Part shown: piece after piece, positions 9,540 through 19,464 of the stretch | How positions within the stretch are numbered: the stretch's first letter is position 1 | Layout: every line of letters begins with the position of its first letter | Source: Eubacteriales bacterium | Lineage (GTDB): Bacteria > Bacillota > Clostridia > Oscillospirales > CAG-272 | Direction of reading: 5' to 3' | DNA length: 64,000 nt | Assembly (NCBI GenBank): GCA_045577755.1 | Contig: JAZNJA010000057.1 | Span: forward strand, 1,052-65,051 | Notes under the pieces: model-generated | Seen by the model: the letters and a program-made list of their open reading frames with translations, nothing else | Database searches by the model: none | What the model was told of the DNA's origin: nothing | Made by a program: the position numbers and the translations under genes

Positions 9540-10418
9540 TCAACCGCACTGGAGCGCGAACCACACCCGGTCAAAGTTGCCCTCGGCCAGGTCCTGCTTA
9601 CGGATATAGAAATACAGATTCCCCACATCGCCGTACATCAGCTCATAGTCCCCGTCCATGATGGAGGCCATCTGGAACAGAAGGACCCAATCGGAGGCGG
9701 CTCTGCGGATCTCCTCCTTGAGGTCGTCGGGAGTCTCGCGGTAGCTCTTGGAATCACCGCTGTACAGGCCTCGGGCGGACCGCTCACACTCGGTCAGCAT
9801 CTCCCCCTGCACCAGATTGGCATAGCCCAAAAGCTTGTGCCGCTCGCTGTCCAGCTCGTAGCCCAGATCCTCCAGCGCCTCGTCGTAGTCGTCCCAATCC
9901 ACGTCCGCGTCGGCGTGGCGGTCCAGCTCCTCGTAGCTGGGGTAGGAATCCTTGGCCTTGCAGGAAATATCGTACTCCTTCACGGCGTGCTCCTCCGCAA
10001 GATCCTCGGGGAGGGCCGTGGGGATCAGCGCATCTGTGTCCTCAAAGCAGAAAACGCGGACACAGCCCTCGTCGGCGGGGTCGAAGCCCCAGCAGGAGGA
10101 CTCCATCTCGTAGAAAAAGGAAAGCAGTCCCTTTTTGGGGAGCAGACCGTCCCGATCCAGGGGCGCGATCTCCGTCAGGTCGATCTGGCAGAGGAAGGAC
10201 AGAGGTCTGTTGGCGGTCTCGCCGTCATAGTTCGCGGCCTCAAAGCGGGGCCACGCAAAGCCTGCGGGCAGGGCGGGCTGACCGCCAAACTTACTGCGGC
10301 AGGGGGAGCCGTTCTTACGGGCCTTTTTCAAGGTGATGGCGATCTCGTTTTTGCGAAGAGCCTGCAAAAGCTGACCCAGATCGTTATCTTGCTTTTTATT
10401 CATTTTCGCATTGGACAT
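9540..10418 (-). CDS. DUF1963 (YwqG-like) family protein
   Basis: SKFGGQPALPAGFAWP, LSFLCQIDL, LLGYANLVQGEM and GDVGNLYFYI are typical of the YwqG/DUF1963 family. The stop lies 13 nt from the downstream phosphoesterase start, so the two are probably an operon. Confidence 0.75.
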   Translation of the reverse strand: MSNAKMNKKQDNDLGQLLQALRKNEIAITLKKARKNGSPCRSKFGGQPALPAGFAWPRFEAANYDGETANRPLSFLCQIDLTEIAPLDRDGLLPKKGLLSFFYEMESSCWGFDPADEGCVRVFCFEDTDALIPTALPEDLAEEHAVKEYDISCKAKDSYPSYEELDRHADADVDWDDYDEALEDLGYELDSERHKLLGYANLVQGEMLTECERSARGLYSGDSKSYRETPDDLKEEIRRAASDWVLLFQMASIMDGDYELMYGDVGNLYFYIRKQDLAEGNFDRVWFALQCG

Positions 10419-10440
10419 ATCGGTTTCTCCTAAAATTCTA

Positions 10441-10480
10441 AATTTCCTTATCCATCAATGGGTTACATGGGCGTAACCCC
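10441..10480 (-). repeat. family-B element copy (hairpin GGGGTTAC..GTAACCC followed by ATTGATGGATAAGGAAATT) upstream of the DUF1963 gene
   Basis: The reverse complement reads GGGGTTACGCCCATGTAACCCATTGATGGATAAGGAAATT. Compare the copies at 50977-51020 and 52103-52154. Confidence 0.65.
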
Positions 10481-10482
10481 TC

Positions 10483-10645
10483 TAGGGCATCTCAAAAACT
10501 CATCGTGCTACGAGCGGCGAGAAGATTTTTCGTCAGTCTATGCAAAAAAACGCGCGTATAGTTGACCCTATACGAAGTTTTTTTGTGACGAATGACGGGA
10601 AAGATTCCGCCGATTCGTTGCGCGAGGGGTTTTTTGAGATGCCCT
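10483..10645. repeat. ~160-nt imperfect palindromic element between rsgA and the DUF1963 gene
   Basis: The outer arms are TAGGGCATCTCAAAAA (10483-) and TTTTTGAGATGCCCT (-10645). The inner arms are CGTATAG..CTATACG, with matching flanks on either side of a centre near 10563. Confidence 0.7.
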
Positions 10646-10649
10646 CTTG

Positions 10650-11630
10650 TCAATCGTACTTCTTTTTCCCCTTCAGGGTGGTATACAGCTCCTTGTAGGA
10701 GGCGTGGCGGATGGGGGATATCTCCTTTTTGGCCACGGCTTCCAGGATGGCGCACTCCTCGTCGTTGATATGGGTGCAGTCGGTATACCGACATTTGCCG
10801 AGGTAGGGGCCGAACTCGCGGAAGGTGTGGGGGAGGTCCTCCAGCTCAAAGAAATCGAACCGCTCGAAGTCCAGAAGGGAGAAGCCTGCTGTGTCGGCTA
10901 TGTAGCCACCCTGTGCGCCGGGCAGGTCGAAGAGCTCGGTGTGGCGGGTGGTGTTCTTGCCGCGGCCGATCTTCTCGCTGATGTCTCCCGTGGTGAGGTC
11001 CAGGCCCTCAAAAACGGTGTTGAGGAGGGTGGACTTTCCCGCGCCCGAGGCTCCCGCTACGGCGGTGATCTTGCCCTTCAGCTCGGTATGGGCGAAGTCG
11101 GCAAATGCCTGCACCCCCTCTCCCGTGTAGCAGGACAGAACGAAGGTACGGTAGCCCACCTTTCCATACAGGGCGGCGATCTTGGCGGACCGCTTGGGAG
11201 AAAGCTCACTCTTGCCCACGATGATCACGGGCTCGATATCATTGAACTCCAGGATGGACAACAGCTTGTCCACCGTGGGGATGTCGGGGTCGGGGGAGGC
11301 GGCGGCGATGACCACCAGCATGGTATCCAGATTGGCCAGCGGAGGGCGGATGAGGCTGTTTTTGCGGGGGAGAATATCGTCGATCACCAGGCCCGTGCGC
11401 TCGGCGGAGGGGGTGACCTTGCCGTCGGTCACCGCAAATGAGGTGTCGTCGTACTGCACCTCCACCAGGTCTCCCACAAGGGGGGTGGTACGCTCGTGGC
11501 GGAAGGTCCCGCGGGCGCGGCACTCCACCGTTTGTCCCGTCAGAGGGGAGTTGGGGATCCCCGCGTCCAGTCGGACAGTGTAGAGTCCCCCCGTCATTTT
11601 TATGATGCGTCCCGTTTGGGTGTAGGTCAT
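10650..11630 (-). CDS. rsgA: ribosome small-subunit-dependent GTPase A
   Basis: Circularly permuted GTPase: NDIEPVIIVGKSEL, the P-loop GASGAGKSTLLN, and the C-terminal zinc knuckle CRYTDCTHINDEEC. Confidence 0.92.
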   Translation of the reverse strand: MTYTQTGRIIKMTGGLYTVRLDAGIPNSPLTGQTVECRARGTFRHERTTPLVGDLVEVQYDDTSFAVTDGKVTPSAERTGLVIDDILPRKNSLIRPPLANLDTMLVVIAAASPDPDIPTVDKLLSILEFNDIEPVIIVGKSELSPKRSAKIAALYGKVGYRTFVLSCYTGEGVQAFADFAHTELKGKITAVAGASGAGKSTLLNTVFEGLDLTTGDISEKIGRGKNTTRHTELFDLPGAQGGYIADTAGFSLLDFERFDFFELEDLPHTFREFGPYLGKCRYTDCTHINDEECAILEAVAKKEISPIRHASYKELYTTLKGKKKYD

Positions 11631-11752
11631 GAAAATACTTCCTTTTCCTTGGATTACCTATATGATACCCCAAAACCGTGATTTTGTAAAGTAGTATGGA
11701 AGAAAAAACTTGGAATTTCGGAGAAAAAAGCAGGATAAATTCGTCAAATGCC

Positions 11753-11781
11753 CTTGAAACTTGGAGTGTTTTGCGGTATAA
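11753..11781 (+). promoter_or_regulatory. candidate promoter TTGAAA-17-TATAAT for azlCD
   Basis: TTGAAA at 11753-11758 and TATAAT at 11776-11781, about 55 nt upstream of the azlC ATG. Confidence 0.45.
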
Positions 11782-11834
11782 TATCGGTATCATTTCACTT
11801 TACTTCATTAGAACGGAACATACACGAAATAATC

Positions 11835-12599
11835 ATGAAAAAGCAAGCATACACCTTCCGGGAGGGACTGCGGGACGGCGTGCCGATTGGCCTCGGCTAT
11901 CTGTCGGTCTCCTTCGGTATCGGCATCGCGGCGGTGGCGGCGGGGCTGTCCCCCCTCATTGCCCTCATCATATCCATGACCAACGAGACTTCAGCCGGTC
12001 AGAAGGCTGGTCTGGACCTTATCGCCGACTGTCTGCCCCTGGCCGAGGGCATCATCACCATGATCTTGTCCCAGCTGGTCATCAATCTGCGCTACTCCCT
12101 CATGGGCATCTCCCTGTCCCAACGGCTGGACGGTAGCTTCACCACCCCCTGGCGGATGCTCCTCTCCTTCAGCATCACCGACGAGATCTTCGCGGTGGCA
12201 TCCACCAAAAAGGAAAAGGTGGGGGTGTACTACTTCGCGGGTCTGGGCTGTATCCCCTACATCGGCTGGGCGGCGGGGACGCTCCTGGGTGCTCTGGCAG
12301 GGACGCTTCTCCCCGAAATGGTGCGAGGCTGCCTCGGACTCATGCTCTATGGGATGTTCATCGCCATCATCATCCCGCCCGCGAGACGGGAGCGAGGGGT
12401 GCTGTTTGCGGTCTGTCTGGCGGTGGCCCTGTCCTGTGTCTTCTATTTCCTACCCCTCTTTGATTTCCTGTCGGACGGTCTCGCCCTCATCATCGCGGCG
12501 GTGGTCTCGGCGGCGGTGGCGGCTCTGCTCTTCCCCGTGGCCGCGCCCCATGAGGACGTGGAGACCCCCGCGCCCGACGGTGGGGAGGTGAGCGCATGA
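11835..12599 (+). CDS. azlC: AzlC-family branched-chain amino acid exporter subunit
   Basis: The ORF track gives 11748..12599. The preferred start is ATG 11835 (MKKQAYTFREGLRDGVPIGLGYLSVSFGIG). It is a multi-TM protein and overlaps azlD by 4 nt. Confidence 0.85.
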   Translation: MKKQAYTFREGLRDGVPIGLGYLSVSFGIGIAAVAAGLSPLIALIISMTNETSAGQKAGLDLIADCLPLAEGIITMILSQLVINLRYSLMGISLSQRLDGSFTTPWRMLLSFSITDEIFAVASTKKEKVGVYYFAGLGCIPYIGWAAGTLLGALAGTLLPEMVRGCLGLMLYGMFIAIIIPPARRERGVLFAVCLAVALSCVFYFLPLFDFLSDGLALIIAAVVSAAVAALLFPVAAPHEDVETPAPDGGEVSA

Positions 12600-12931
12600 G
12601 CCAGCTTTCCATGTCCATGGGGCATCTCGCCCTGTATCTGGCGGTCATGGCGGGCGTCACCTACCTCATCCGCATGATCCCCTTCACCCTCTTCCGCAAG
12701 GAGATCAAGTCCGCCTTCTTCCGCAGCTTTCTGGCCTACGTGCCCTACGCGGTGCTGGGCGCCATGACCTTCCCCTCCATTTTCTTCGCCACGGCTTCCC
12801 TCCCCTCGGCCATCGCGGGGACGGTCATCGCCCTGGTCCTGGCCTTCTTCAAGCGGTCTCTTCTGACCGTGGCGGTGGGGGCGTCGGGGACGGCGCTGGT
12901 TGTGGAGCTGGTGATGATGTATTTGCTGTAA
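12596..12931 (+). CDS. azlD: AzlD-family small membrane subunit
   Basis: 111 aa with 3-4 TM segments, translationally coupled to azlC. The stop TAA (12929-12931) is the first three bases of repeat element A1. Confidence 0.8.
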   Translation: MSQLSMSMGHLALYLAVMAGVTYLIRMIPFTLFRKEIKSAFFRSFLAYVPYAVLGAMTFPSIFFATASLPSAIAGTVIALVLAFFKRSLLTVAVGASGTALVVELVMMYLL

Positions 12932-13186
12932 ATTGGGATTTAGCGAACTGTTTGACGGAGCAGATCGGTATGTTCTAGGGGGCCACCTCATCCGTCGGCT
13001 TCGCCGACACCTTCTCCTCCAGGAGAAGGCGTCGGTAACCGCAACCCCTTGAGATATAAAGATCTTTCGGGTCGTGGTAACCTAGGCTTCTCCTGGAGGA
13101 GAAGCCCCCGCGAAGCGGGTGATGAGGTGGCCACCTACCCAATTCCACTCTGCTCCGTCAGACCGACAAACCCAAATTTGAATTTC
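12930..13186. repeat. family-A MITE-like structured element, copy A1 (257 bp)
   Basis: The ends are AAATTGGGATTTAGCGAACTGTTTGACGGAGCAGA and TCTGCTCCGTCAGACCGACAAACCCAAATTT, in inverted orientation. Nested inverted repeats include GGCCACCTCATC (12981) / GATGAGGTGGCC (13121). Internal palindromes include CCTTCTCCTCCAGGAGAAGG and GGCTTCTCCTGGAGGAGAAGCC. Confidence 0.8.
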
Positions 13187-13223
13187 TACCAAATCGCCAT
13201 TCTCACAGAAAGGATATACCCTT

Positions 13224-15338
13224 ATGTCCACAAAAAAGATCCCCGAGCTCTTCGGCAGCATGGTCTTCAACGACGACGTCATGCGCTCCCGCCTTCCCCG
13301 CGAGGTCTACAAGGCTCTGACCAAGACCATTGAGAAGGGCCGCACCATCGACCCCGCCATCGCCGACGTGGTGGCCAACGCCATGAAGGATTGGGCCATT
13401 GAGAAGGGCGCCACCCACTATACCCACTGGTTCCAGCCTCTGACGGGGGTGACCGCCGAGAAGCACGACGCCTTCATCTCTCCCATCGCGGGGGACCGTG
13501 TGGTTATGGAGTTCTCGGGCAAGGAGCTGATCAAGGGCGAGACCGACGGCTCCTCCTTCCCCTCGGGCGGTCTGCGGGCCACCTTTGAGGCCCGCGGCTA
13601 CACCGCCTGGGATCCCGCCTCCTACGCCTTCGTCAAGGACGGTACCCTCTACATCCCCACCGCCTTCTGCTCCTATACGGGCGAGGCTCTGGATACCAAG
13701 ACCCCCCTGCTCCGCTCCATGGACGCCATCAGTGAGCAGTCCCTCCGCATCCTACGCCTCTTCGGTGACACCACCACCACCCGCGTCACCACTACGGTGG
13801 GGGCTGAGCAGGAGTATTTCCTGGTGAATCAGGAGTATTTCGAGCAGAGAAAGGATCTCATCTACTGCGGCCGTACCCTTTTCGGCGCTCCCGCCCCCAA
13901 GGGACAGGAAATGGACGACCACTACTTCGGCCCCATCAAGCCCAAGGTGGCCGCCTTTATGGACGAGCTGGACGAGGAGCTGTGGAAGCTGGGCATCAAC
14001 GCCAAGACCGAGCATAATGAGGCCGCCCCCGCCCAGCACGAGCTGGCGCCCATCTACGCCACTACCAACATGGCGGTGGATCAGAACCTCATCATCATGG
14101 AGCATATGCGGCTCATCGCCGAGCGCCACGGGCTGGTCTGCCTCCTCCACGAGAAGCCCTACGCGGGGGTCAACGGCTCGGGTAAGCACAACAACTGGTC
14201 CCTGACCACCGATACGGGCAAGAATCTGGTGGACCCCGGCAAAACTCCTCGGGAAAACACCCGCTTCCTCTTGTTCCTGGCCGCCATTGTCCGCGCCGTG
14301 GACGAGTATCAGGATCTGCTCCGTATGTCGGTGGCCTACCCCGGCAACGACCACCGCTTGGGCGGCTTTGAGGCGCCTCCCGCCATCATCTCCATGTTCC
14401 TGGGCGAGGAAATGAACGATATCGTCAATTCCATCGTGGAGGAGCGGGTCTACACCGACCATAAGGCGGGTACCATGAACCTGGGCATTCCCTCTGTCCC
14501 CACCTTCCGCAAGGACACCACCGACCGCAACCGCACCTCTCCCTTTGCCTTCACCGGTAACAAGTTTGAGTTCCGTTCCCTGGGATCCTCCCAAAACATC
14601 GCCATGCCTAACGTGGTCATCAACACCGCCGTAGCCTCGGTGCTCTGCGACATGGCCGACACCCTGGAGGCCGCCGTGGCCGAGGGACAGGAGTTCTCCG
14701 TCGCCGTGGCACGGGTGATCAAGGATACCCTCGCCGCCCATAACCGCATCATCTACAACGGAAACGGCTACTCCCAGGAGTGGTTGGCCGAGGCCGCCCG
14801 CAGAGGGCTCTCCAACCTCCGCACCACGGTGGAATCCTGCGAGGTGCTGACGAGCGAAAAGTCGGTGGAGCTGTTCTCCCGCTTCGGGGTTCTATCCTCG
14901 GTGGAGCTCCACGCCCGCCGCGAGATCCTGCTGGAAAGCTACGCAAAGATGCTCAACATTGAGGCTCAGACCATGATCCTCATGGCCACAAGGCAGATCA
15001 TCCCCGCTGTGGAATCCTATATTACCAAGTTGGGTAGTGCCGCACGGGCTAAGCTGGATATTCTGGGAGACACCGCCGTCGGTATCCGCGTGGAGCGGGA
15101 GCTGATGACCCGCCTCTCCGAGCTGACCGCCGCCACCTACGACGCCGTGAACGCCCTTCGGCAGGCCGACCGCGAGGCCCAGACCGCAGGGGATGCCCAC
15201 GCAATTGCCGTGGCCTTCCGCGACAAGGTAGTTCCCGCCATGGCCGCCCTCCGTGCCCCTGTGGACGAGATGGAAACCCTTGTCGCCTCCCGGGATTGGC
15301 CCCTGCCGACATATGGGGAAATGATGCACAAGCAGTAA
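13224..15338 (+). CDS. glnA: glutamine synthetase, type III
   Basis: 704 aa. The N-terminus [20 protein letters not shown], plus [16 protein letters not shown] and the overall length, fit GS-III as found in Bacteroides and Ruminococcus-type organisms. Confidence 0.9.
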   Translation: MSTKKIPELFGSMVFNDDVMRSRLPREVYKALTKTIEKGRTIDPAIADVVANAMKDWAIEKGATHYTHWFQPLTGVTAEKHDAFISPIAGDRVVMEFSGKELIKGETDGSSFPSGGLRATFEARGYTAWDPASYAFVKDGTLYIPTAFCSYTGEALDTKTPLLRSMDAISEQSLRILRLFGDTTTTRVTTTVGAEQEYFLVNQEYFEQRKDLIYCGRTLFGAPAPKGQEMDDHYFGPIKPKVAAFMDELDEELWKLGINAKTEHNEAAPAQHELAPIYATTNMAVDQNLIIMEHMRLIAERHGLVCLLHEKPYAGVNGSGKHNNWSLTTDTGKNLVDPGKTPRENTRFLLFLAAIVRAVDEYQDLLRMSVAYPGNDHRLGGFEAPPAIISMFLGEEMNDIVNSIVEERVYTDHKAGTMNLGIPSVPTFRKDTTDRNRTSPFAFTGNKFEFRSLGSSQNIAMPNVVINTAVASVLCDMADTLEAAVAEGQEFSVAVARVIKDTLAAHNRIIYNGNGYSQEWLAEAARRGLSNLRTTVESCEVLTSEKSVELFSRFGVLSSVELHARREILLESYAKMLNIEAQTMILMATRQIIPAVESYITKLGSAARAKLDILGDTAVGIRVERELMTRLSELTAATYDAVNALRQADREAQTAGDAHAIAVAFRDKVVPAMAALRAPVDEMETLVASRDWPLPTYGEMMHKQ

Positions 15339-15501
15339 ATCATACGAATCATCAGGACACCTGCTTGCCCATTGAGCTTCGACAGAGGACGACATATGGG
15401 GACGTATGGGAAAATGACGCATAAGCAGTCAATTCATCCTCGATCCCCCAAATCACGTCGATCTATGGGGGTTACATCCATGTAACCCCCTACAAAAGCA
15501 G

Positions 15502-15533
15502 AAAAGACCACCCATTTCGGCGGTCTTTTTTTG
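15502..15533 (+). terminator. intrinsic terminator downstream of glnA
   Basis: AAAAGACCACC-catttc-GGCGGTCTTTTTTT (one mismatch in the stem). Confidence 0.6.
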
Positions 15534-15572
15534 CCAAGGGGCACAGTTTTCCCGTTCATTCCCGCGACATAC

Positions 15573-15606
15573 GAAAGGCCCCCCGCCGAGGCGAGGGGCC
15601 TTTTTC
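15573..15606. terminator. hairpin terminator between convergent glnA and nifJ
   Basis: GAAAGGCCCC-ccgccgaggcga-GGGGCCTTTTTC. Confidence 0.6.
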
Positions 15607-15683
15607 TATCCGATCCGTGGGATCACAGATCCCCGCGAAGCGGTGCTCTCGTGTAATTACGATCCGTATTTACCGTCTACTGA

Positions 15684-18600
15684 TTACTCGTAGAGCTTCT
15701 TCATTCTCTCCAGTCTGTCGAACTTGGCGGCAGCGGAAGCCTCAGCCTTTGCGAACAGAGCCTCTGCGCGCTCGGGGTTGGAGGCGGCCAGACGTGCGTA
15801 GCGGTTCTCGGACTTGATGAACGCGGTGTAGTCACCGGTAGGAGTCTTGGAATCCACGGTCAGCTTGCCCGTCTCAAGAGTGGGGTTGTAGCGGAACAGA
15901 TGCCAGTAGCCTGCGTCAACAGCCTTCTTCATCTCGAGCTGGCAGTTCTGCATACCGCCCTTGACACCGTGCATCTCACAAGGAGCGTAACCGATGATCA
16001 GGGAAGGACCGTTGTAGGCCTCAGCCTCGGTCAGAGCCTTCAGGAGCTGGTTCATGTCAGAGCCCATAGCGACCTGAGCGACGTAGACGTAGCCGTAGGA
16101 CATAGCGATCTCAGCCAGGTTCTTCTTGCCGATGGCCTTACCGGCGGCGGCGAACTGAGCCACCTGACCGATGTTGGAAGCCTTGGAGGCCTGTCCACCG
16201 GTGTTGGAGTACACCTCGGTATCGAAGACGAAGACGTTGACGTTCTCGCCGGTAGCCAGGACGTGGTCCAGACCGCCGAAGCCGATGTCGTAAGCCCAAC
16301 CGTCACCACCGAAGATCCAGACGGACTTCTTGTTCAGGTACTCCTTCTCAGCCAGAATGGCGGGAGCCACGGGGCAACCCTCGGCGGCAGCCTTCTCCAG
16401 CTCGACGACCAGAGCCTTGGTAGCGGCCTCGTTAGCCTTACCGTCGTCCTTGGTGTCCAGGTAAGCCTTGGCGGCAGCCTTGAACTCGTCGGAAGCCTTG
16501 TCGGAGTTCATCATCTCCTCAACCTGAGCCATGAGTCTGTCGCGGACGGCCTTCTGACCGAGGGCGATACCCAGACCGTGCTCGGCGTTGTCCTCGAACA
16601 GGGAGTTTGCCCAAGCGGGACCCTTGCCGCTCTCGCGGTTGACGGTGTAAGGAGTTGCGGGGGAGGAACCGCCCCAGATGGAGGAGCAACCGGTAGCGTT
16701 GGAGATATACATTCTCTCGCCGAACAGCTGGGTGATCAGGCGAGCGTAAGAGGTCTCGGCACAGCCTGCGCAGGAGCCGGAGAACTCAAGCAGGGGCTGC
16801 TTGAACTGAGAGCCCTTGACGGTGTTGTCAGCGAAGGGCAGAGCCTTGCTGGAGACGTTGGCCACACAGTAGTCGAAGGAAGCCTGCTGAGCGGACTCCT
16901 GAGCCTGGGGAACCATGTAGATAGCCATATCCTCGGGCTTGACCTTCTCGCCTGCGGCGGCGGCCTTCTTCTCGGCGGTGGCGTTGACAGGGCAAGCCTT
17001 CACGCAGAGGGTACAGCCCATACAATCCAGAGGAGAAACGGCGATGGTGAACTTGTAGCCCTCGCAGCCCTTACCGATCATCTTAGCGGTGAACTTGGTG
17101 GACTCGGGAGCGTTTGCGGCCTCCTCGGCATCCAGAGCGTAGGGACGGATGGCGGCGTGAGGGCAGACGAAGGAGCAGTTGTTACACTGAGCGCACTTGG
17201 TGGGATTCCAGGTAGGAACCATAACGGCCACACCGCGCTTCTCGAAGGCAGCGGAGCCCTGGGGGAAGGTACCGTCCACGTAGTCCACGAATGCGGAAAC
17301 GGGCAGGCTGTCACCCTTCATAGCGTTGACGGGGGTCACCACGTTGTTGACGAAGGCACCCAGATCAGCGCGGTCGCAGGTCTTGGTGGCGGCGGCCTCG
17401 TCGTCAGCGCAGGTAGCCCAAGCGGCGGGAACCTCAACGGCGTGGTATGCGTTGGCACCGGCGTCGATAGCGGCATGGTTCAGGTCAACGATGGCCTGGC
17501 CCTTCTTCAGGTAGGACTTGGTAGCCATGTACTTCATGTACTCCACAGCCTCGGCGGCGGGCAGGATAGCGGCCAGAGCGAAGAATGCGGACTGAAGCAC
17601 GGTGTTCTTGACCTTGGCGTTACCCAGGTCGCGAGCCAGCTTGGTAGCGTTGATGGTGTAGAACTTGATGTCGTTCTTGGCGATATACTGCTTCACAGCG
17701 GAAGGCAGGTTGGTGTCCAGCTCCTCATCGGACCAGTTGCAGTCCAGAAGGAAGGTACCGCGGGGCTTGATGTCCTGCACGATGTCGTAGCGGGAGATGT
17801 AAGCCTGGTTGTGGCAAGCCACGAAGTCAGCCTTATTGATGTAGTAAGGAGACTTGATGGGGGTGTCACCGAAGCGCAGGTGGGAGATGGTGATACCGTT
17901 GGTCTTCTTGGAGTCATACTGGAAGTAAGCCTGAATGTACTTGTCAGTATGGTCACCGATGATCTTGATGGAGTTCTTGTTGGCACCGACGGTACCGTCG
18001 CCGCCCAGACCCCAGAACTTGCAGGCCTTGGTTCCGGCAGGAGCGGTGTCGGGAGCCACAGTCTCCTCGAGGGAGCAATTGGTCACGTCATCCACGATAC
18101 CAATGGTGAAGTTCGCCTTGGGCTCATCCTTGGCCAGGTTGGCGAAAACAGCGAAGATGGAGGAAGGAGGAGTATCCTTGGAGCCCAGACCGTAACGGCC
18201 GCCGACAACCTTCTTCTGGACACCGTGGGTAGCCAGAGCGGTAACGACGTCGAGGTACAGAGGCTCACCCAGAGAACCGGGCTCCTTGGTACGGTCGAGG
18301 ACGGCGATCTTCTCGCAGGTTGCGGGAATAGCCTCGATGAGCTTGTCAGCGCAGAAGGGACGGTACAGGCGGACCTTGATCAGACCGACCTTCTCACCCT
18401 GAGCCATCATGTAGTCGATGACCTCCTCGGCCACGTCGCAGATGGAGCCCATAGCGATCATGACGCGGTCCGCGTCGGGAGCGCCGTAGTAGTTGAAGAG
18501 CTTGTAGTCGGTGCCCAGCTTGGCGTTGACCTTGTCCATGTACTCCTCGACGATGGCGGGCAAAGCGTCGTAGTAGCGGTTGCAGGCCTCGCGGTTCTGG

Positions 18601-19283
18601 AAGAAGATATCACCGTTCTGAGCGGAGCCGCGGAGCACGGGATGCTCGGGGTTCAGAGCGCGGGAGCGGAATGCGGCCACAGCGTCCATATCCACCATCT
18701 CAGCCAGGTCGGCGAAGTCCCAGACCTCGATCTTCTGGATCTCGTGAGAGGTACGGAAGCCGTCGAAGAAGTTCAGGAAGGGAACGCGGCCCTTGATGGT
18801 AGCCAGGTGAGCGACGGCACCCAGGTCCATAACCTCCTGAGGGTTGGTCTCAGCCAGCATAGCAAAACCGGTCTGACGGCAGGCGTAGACGTCGGAGTGG
18901 TCACCGAAGATATTCAGAGCGTGAGAAGCCACGCAACGGGCGGACACGTGGAAGACGCAGGGGAGAAGCTCACCGGCGATCTTGTACATGTTGGGGATCA
19001 TCAGCAGAAGACCCTGGGATGCGGTGTAGGTGGTGGTCAGCGCACCTGCGTTCAGGGAGCCGTGGACAGTACCGGCGGCGCCTGCCTCGGATTCCATCTC
19101 CATCACGTTGACGGTGGTACCGAAGATGTTCTTGAGTCCCTGTGCAGACCACTGGTCTACCCAGTCAGCCATGGGGCTGGAGGGGGTAATCGGGTAAATG
19201 CCGGCGACTTCGGTGAAAGCGTAGCTTACCGTAGCGGCTGCCTGGTTACCGTCCATGGACACTTTTTTTCTCATGATTGCCAT
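15684..19283 (-). CDS. nifJ: pyruvate:ferredoxin (flavodoxin) oxidoreductase
   Basis: The ORF track gives 15684..19325. The preferred start is ATG 19283, 11 nt after AGGAGG. MDGNQAAATVSYAF, two 4Fe-4S motifs (CAQCNNCSFVCP, CMGCTLCVKACP) and the TPP site GGDGWAYDIGFGGLDH are present. Codon usage looks strongly biased toward preferred codons. Confidence 0.96.
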   Translation of the reverse strand: MAIMRKKVSMDGNQAAATVSYAFTEVAGIYPITPSSPMADWVDQWSAQGLKNIFGTTVNVMEMESEAGAAGTVHGSLNAGALTTTYTASQGLLLMIPNMYKIAGELLPCVFHVSARCVASHALNIFGDHSDVYACRQTGFAMLAETNPQEVMDLGAVAHLATIKGRVPFLNFFDGFRTSHEIQKIEVWDFADLAEMVDMDAVAAFRSRALNPEHPVLRGSAQNGDIFFQNREACNRYYDALPAIVEEYMDKVNAKLGTDYKLFNYYGAPDADRVMIAMGSICDVAEEVIDYMMAQGEKVGLIKVRLYRPFCADKLIEAIPATCEKIAVLDRTKEPGSLGEPLYLDVVTALATHGVQKKVVGGRYGLGSKDTPPSSIFAVFANLAKDEPKANFTIGIVDDVTNCSLEETVAPDTAPAGTKACKFWGLGGDGTVGANKNSIKIIGDHTDKYIQAYFQYDSKKTNGITISHLRFGDTPIKSPYYINKADFVACHNQAYISRYDIVQDIKPRGTFLLDCNWSDEELDTNLPSAVKQYIAKNDIKFYTINATKLARDLGNAKVKNTVLQSAFFALAAILPAAEAVEYMKYMATKSYLKKGQAIVDLNHAAIDAGANAYHAVEVPAAWATCADDEAAATKTCDRADLGAFVNNVVTPVNAMKGDSLPVSAFVDYVDGTFPQGSAAFEKRGVAVMVPTWNPTKCAQCNNCSFVCPHAAIRPYALDAEEAANAPESTKFTAKMIGKGCEGYKFTIAVSPLDCMGCTLCVKACPVNATAEKKAAAAGEKVKPEDMAIYMVPQAQESAQQASFDYCVANVSSKALPFADNTVKGSQFKQPLLEFSGSCAGCAETSYARLITQLFGERMYISNATGCSSIWGGSSPATPYTVNRESGKGPAWANSLFEDNAEHGLGIALGQKAVRDRLMAQVEEMMNSDKASDEFKAAAKAYLDTKDDGKANEAATKALVVELEKAAAEGCPVAPAILAEKEYLNKKSVWIFGGDGWAYDIGFGGLDHVLATGENVNVFVFDTEVYSNTGGQASKASNIGQVAQFAAAGKAIGKKNLAEIAMSYGYVYVAQVAMGSDMNQLLKALTEAEAYNGPSLIIGYAPCEMHGVKGGMQNCQLEMKKAVDAGYWHLFRYNPTLETGKLTVDSKTPTGDYTAFIKSENRYARLAASNPERAEALFAKAEASAAAKFDRLERMKKLYE

Positions 19284-19464
19284 TTTAGGAAAATCCTCCT
19301 TGAAAATTTTTCCTCGCGGGAGCAAAACCGCGAGACAAATTTGCTCACTATATATAATAGCATACTTTTCGCAAAAAGTAAAGGGTTTTTGTGAAATTTC
19401 AAGGATTTGGTGAAAAAAAGTTTACATAAAGTTATATATATGCGGAATTTCATTGCCGCGGTAC

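Noticed and set aside
12443-13333. ORFs 12443..12991 (-), 13049..13333 (+) and 13082..13282 (-)
   Set aside because: They translate the family-A palindromic element, which has symmetric sequence on both strands. They are not credible proteins.
15900-19394. 1164-aa + strand ORF
   Set aside because: It is antisense to nifJ/PFOR. The minus-strand product has 4Fe-4S and TPP motifs, and this ORF has none.
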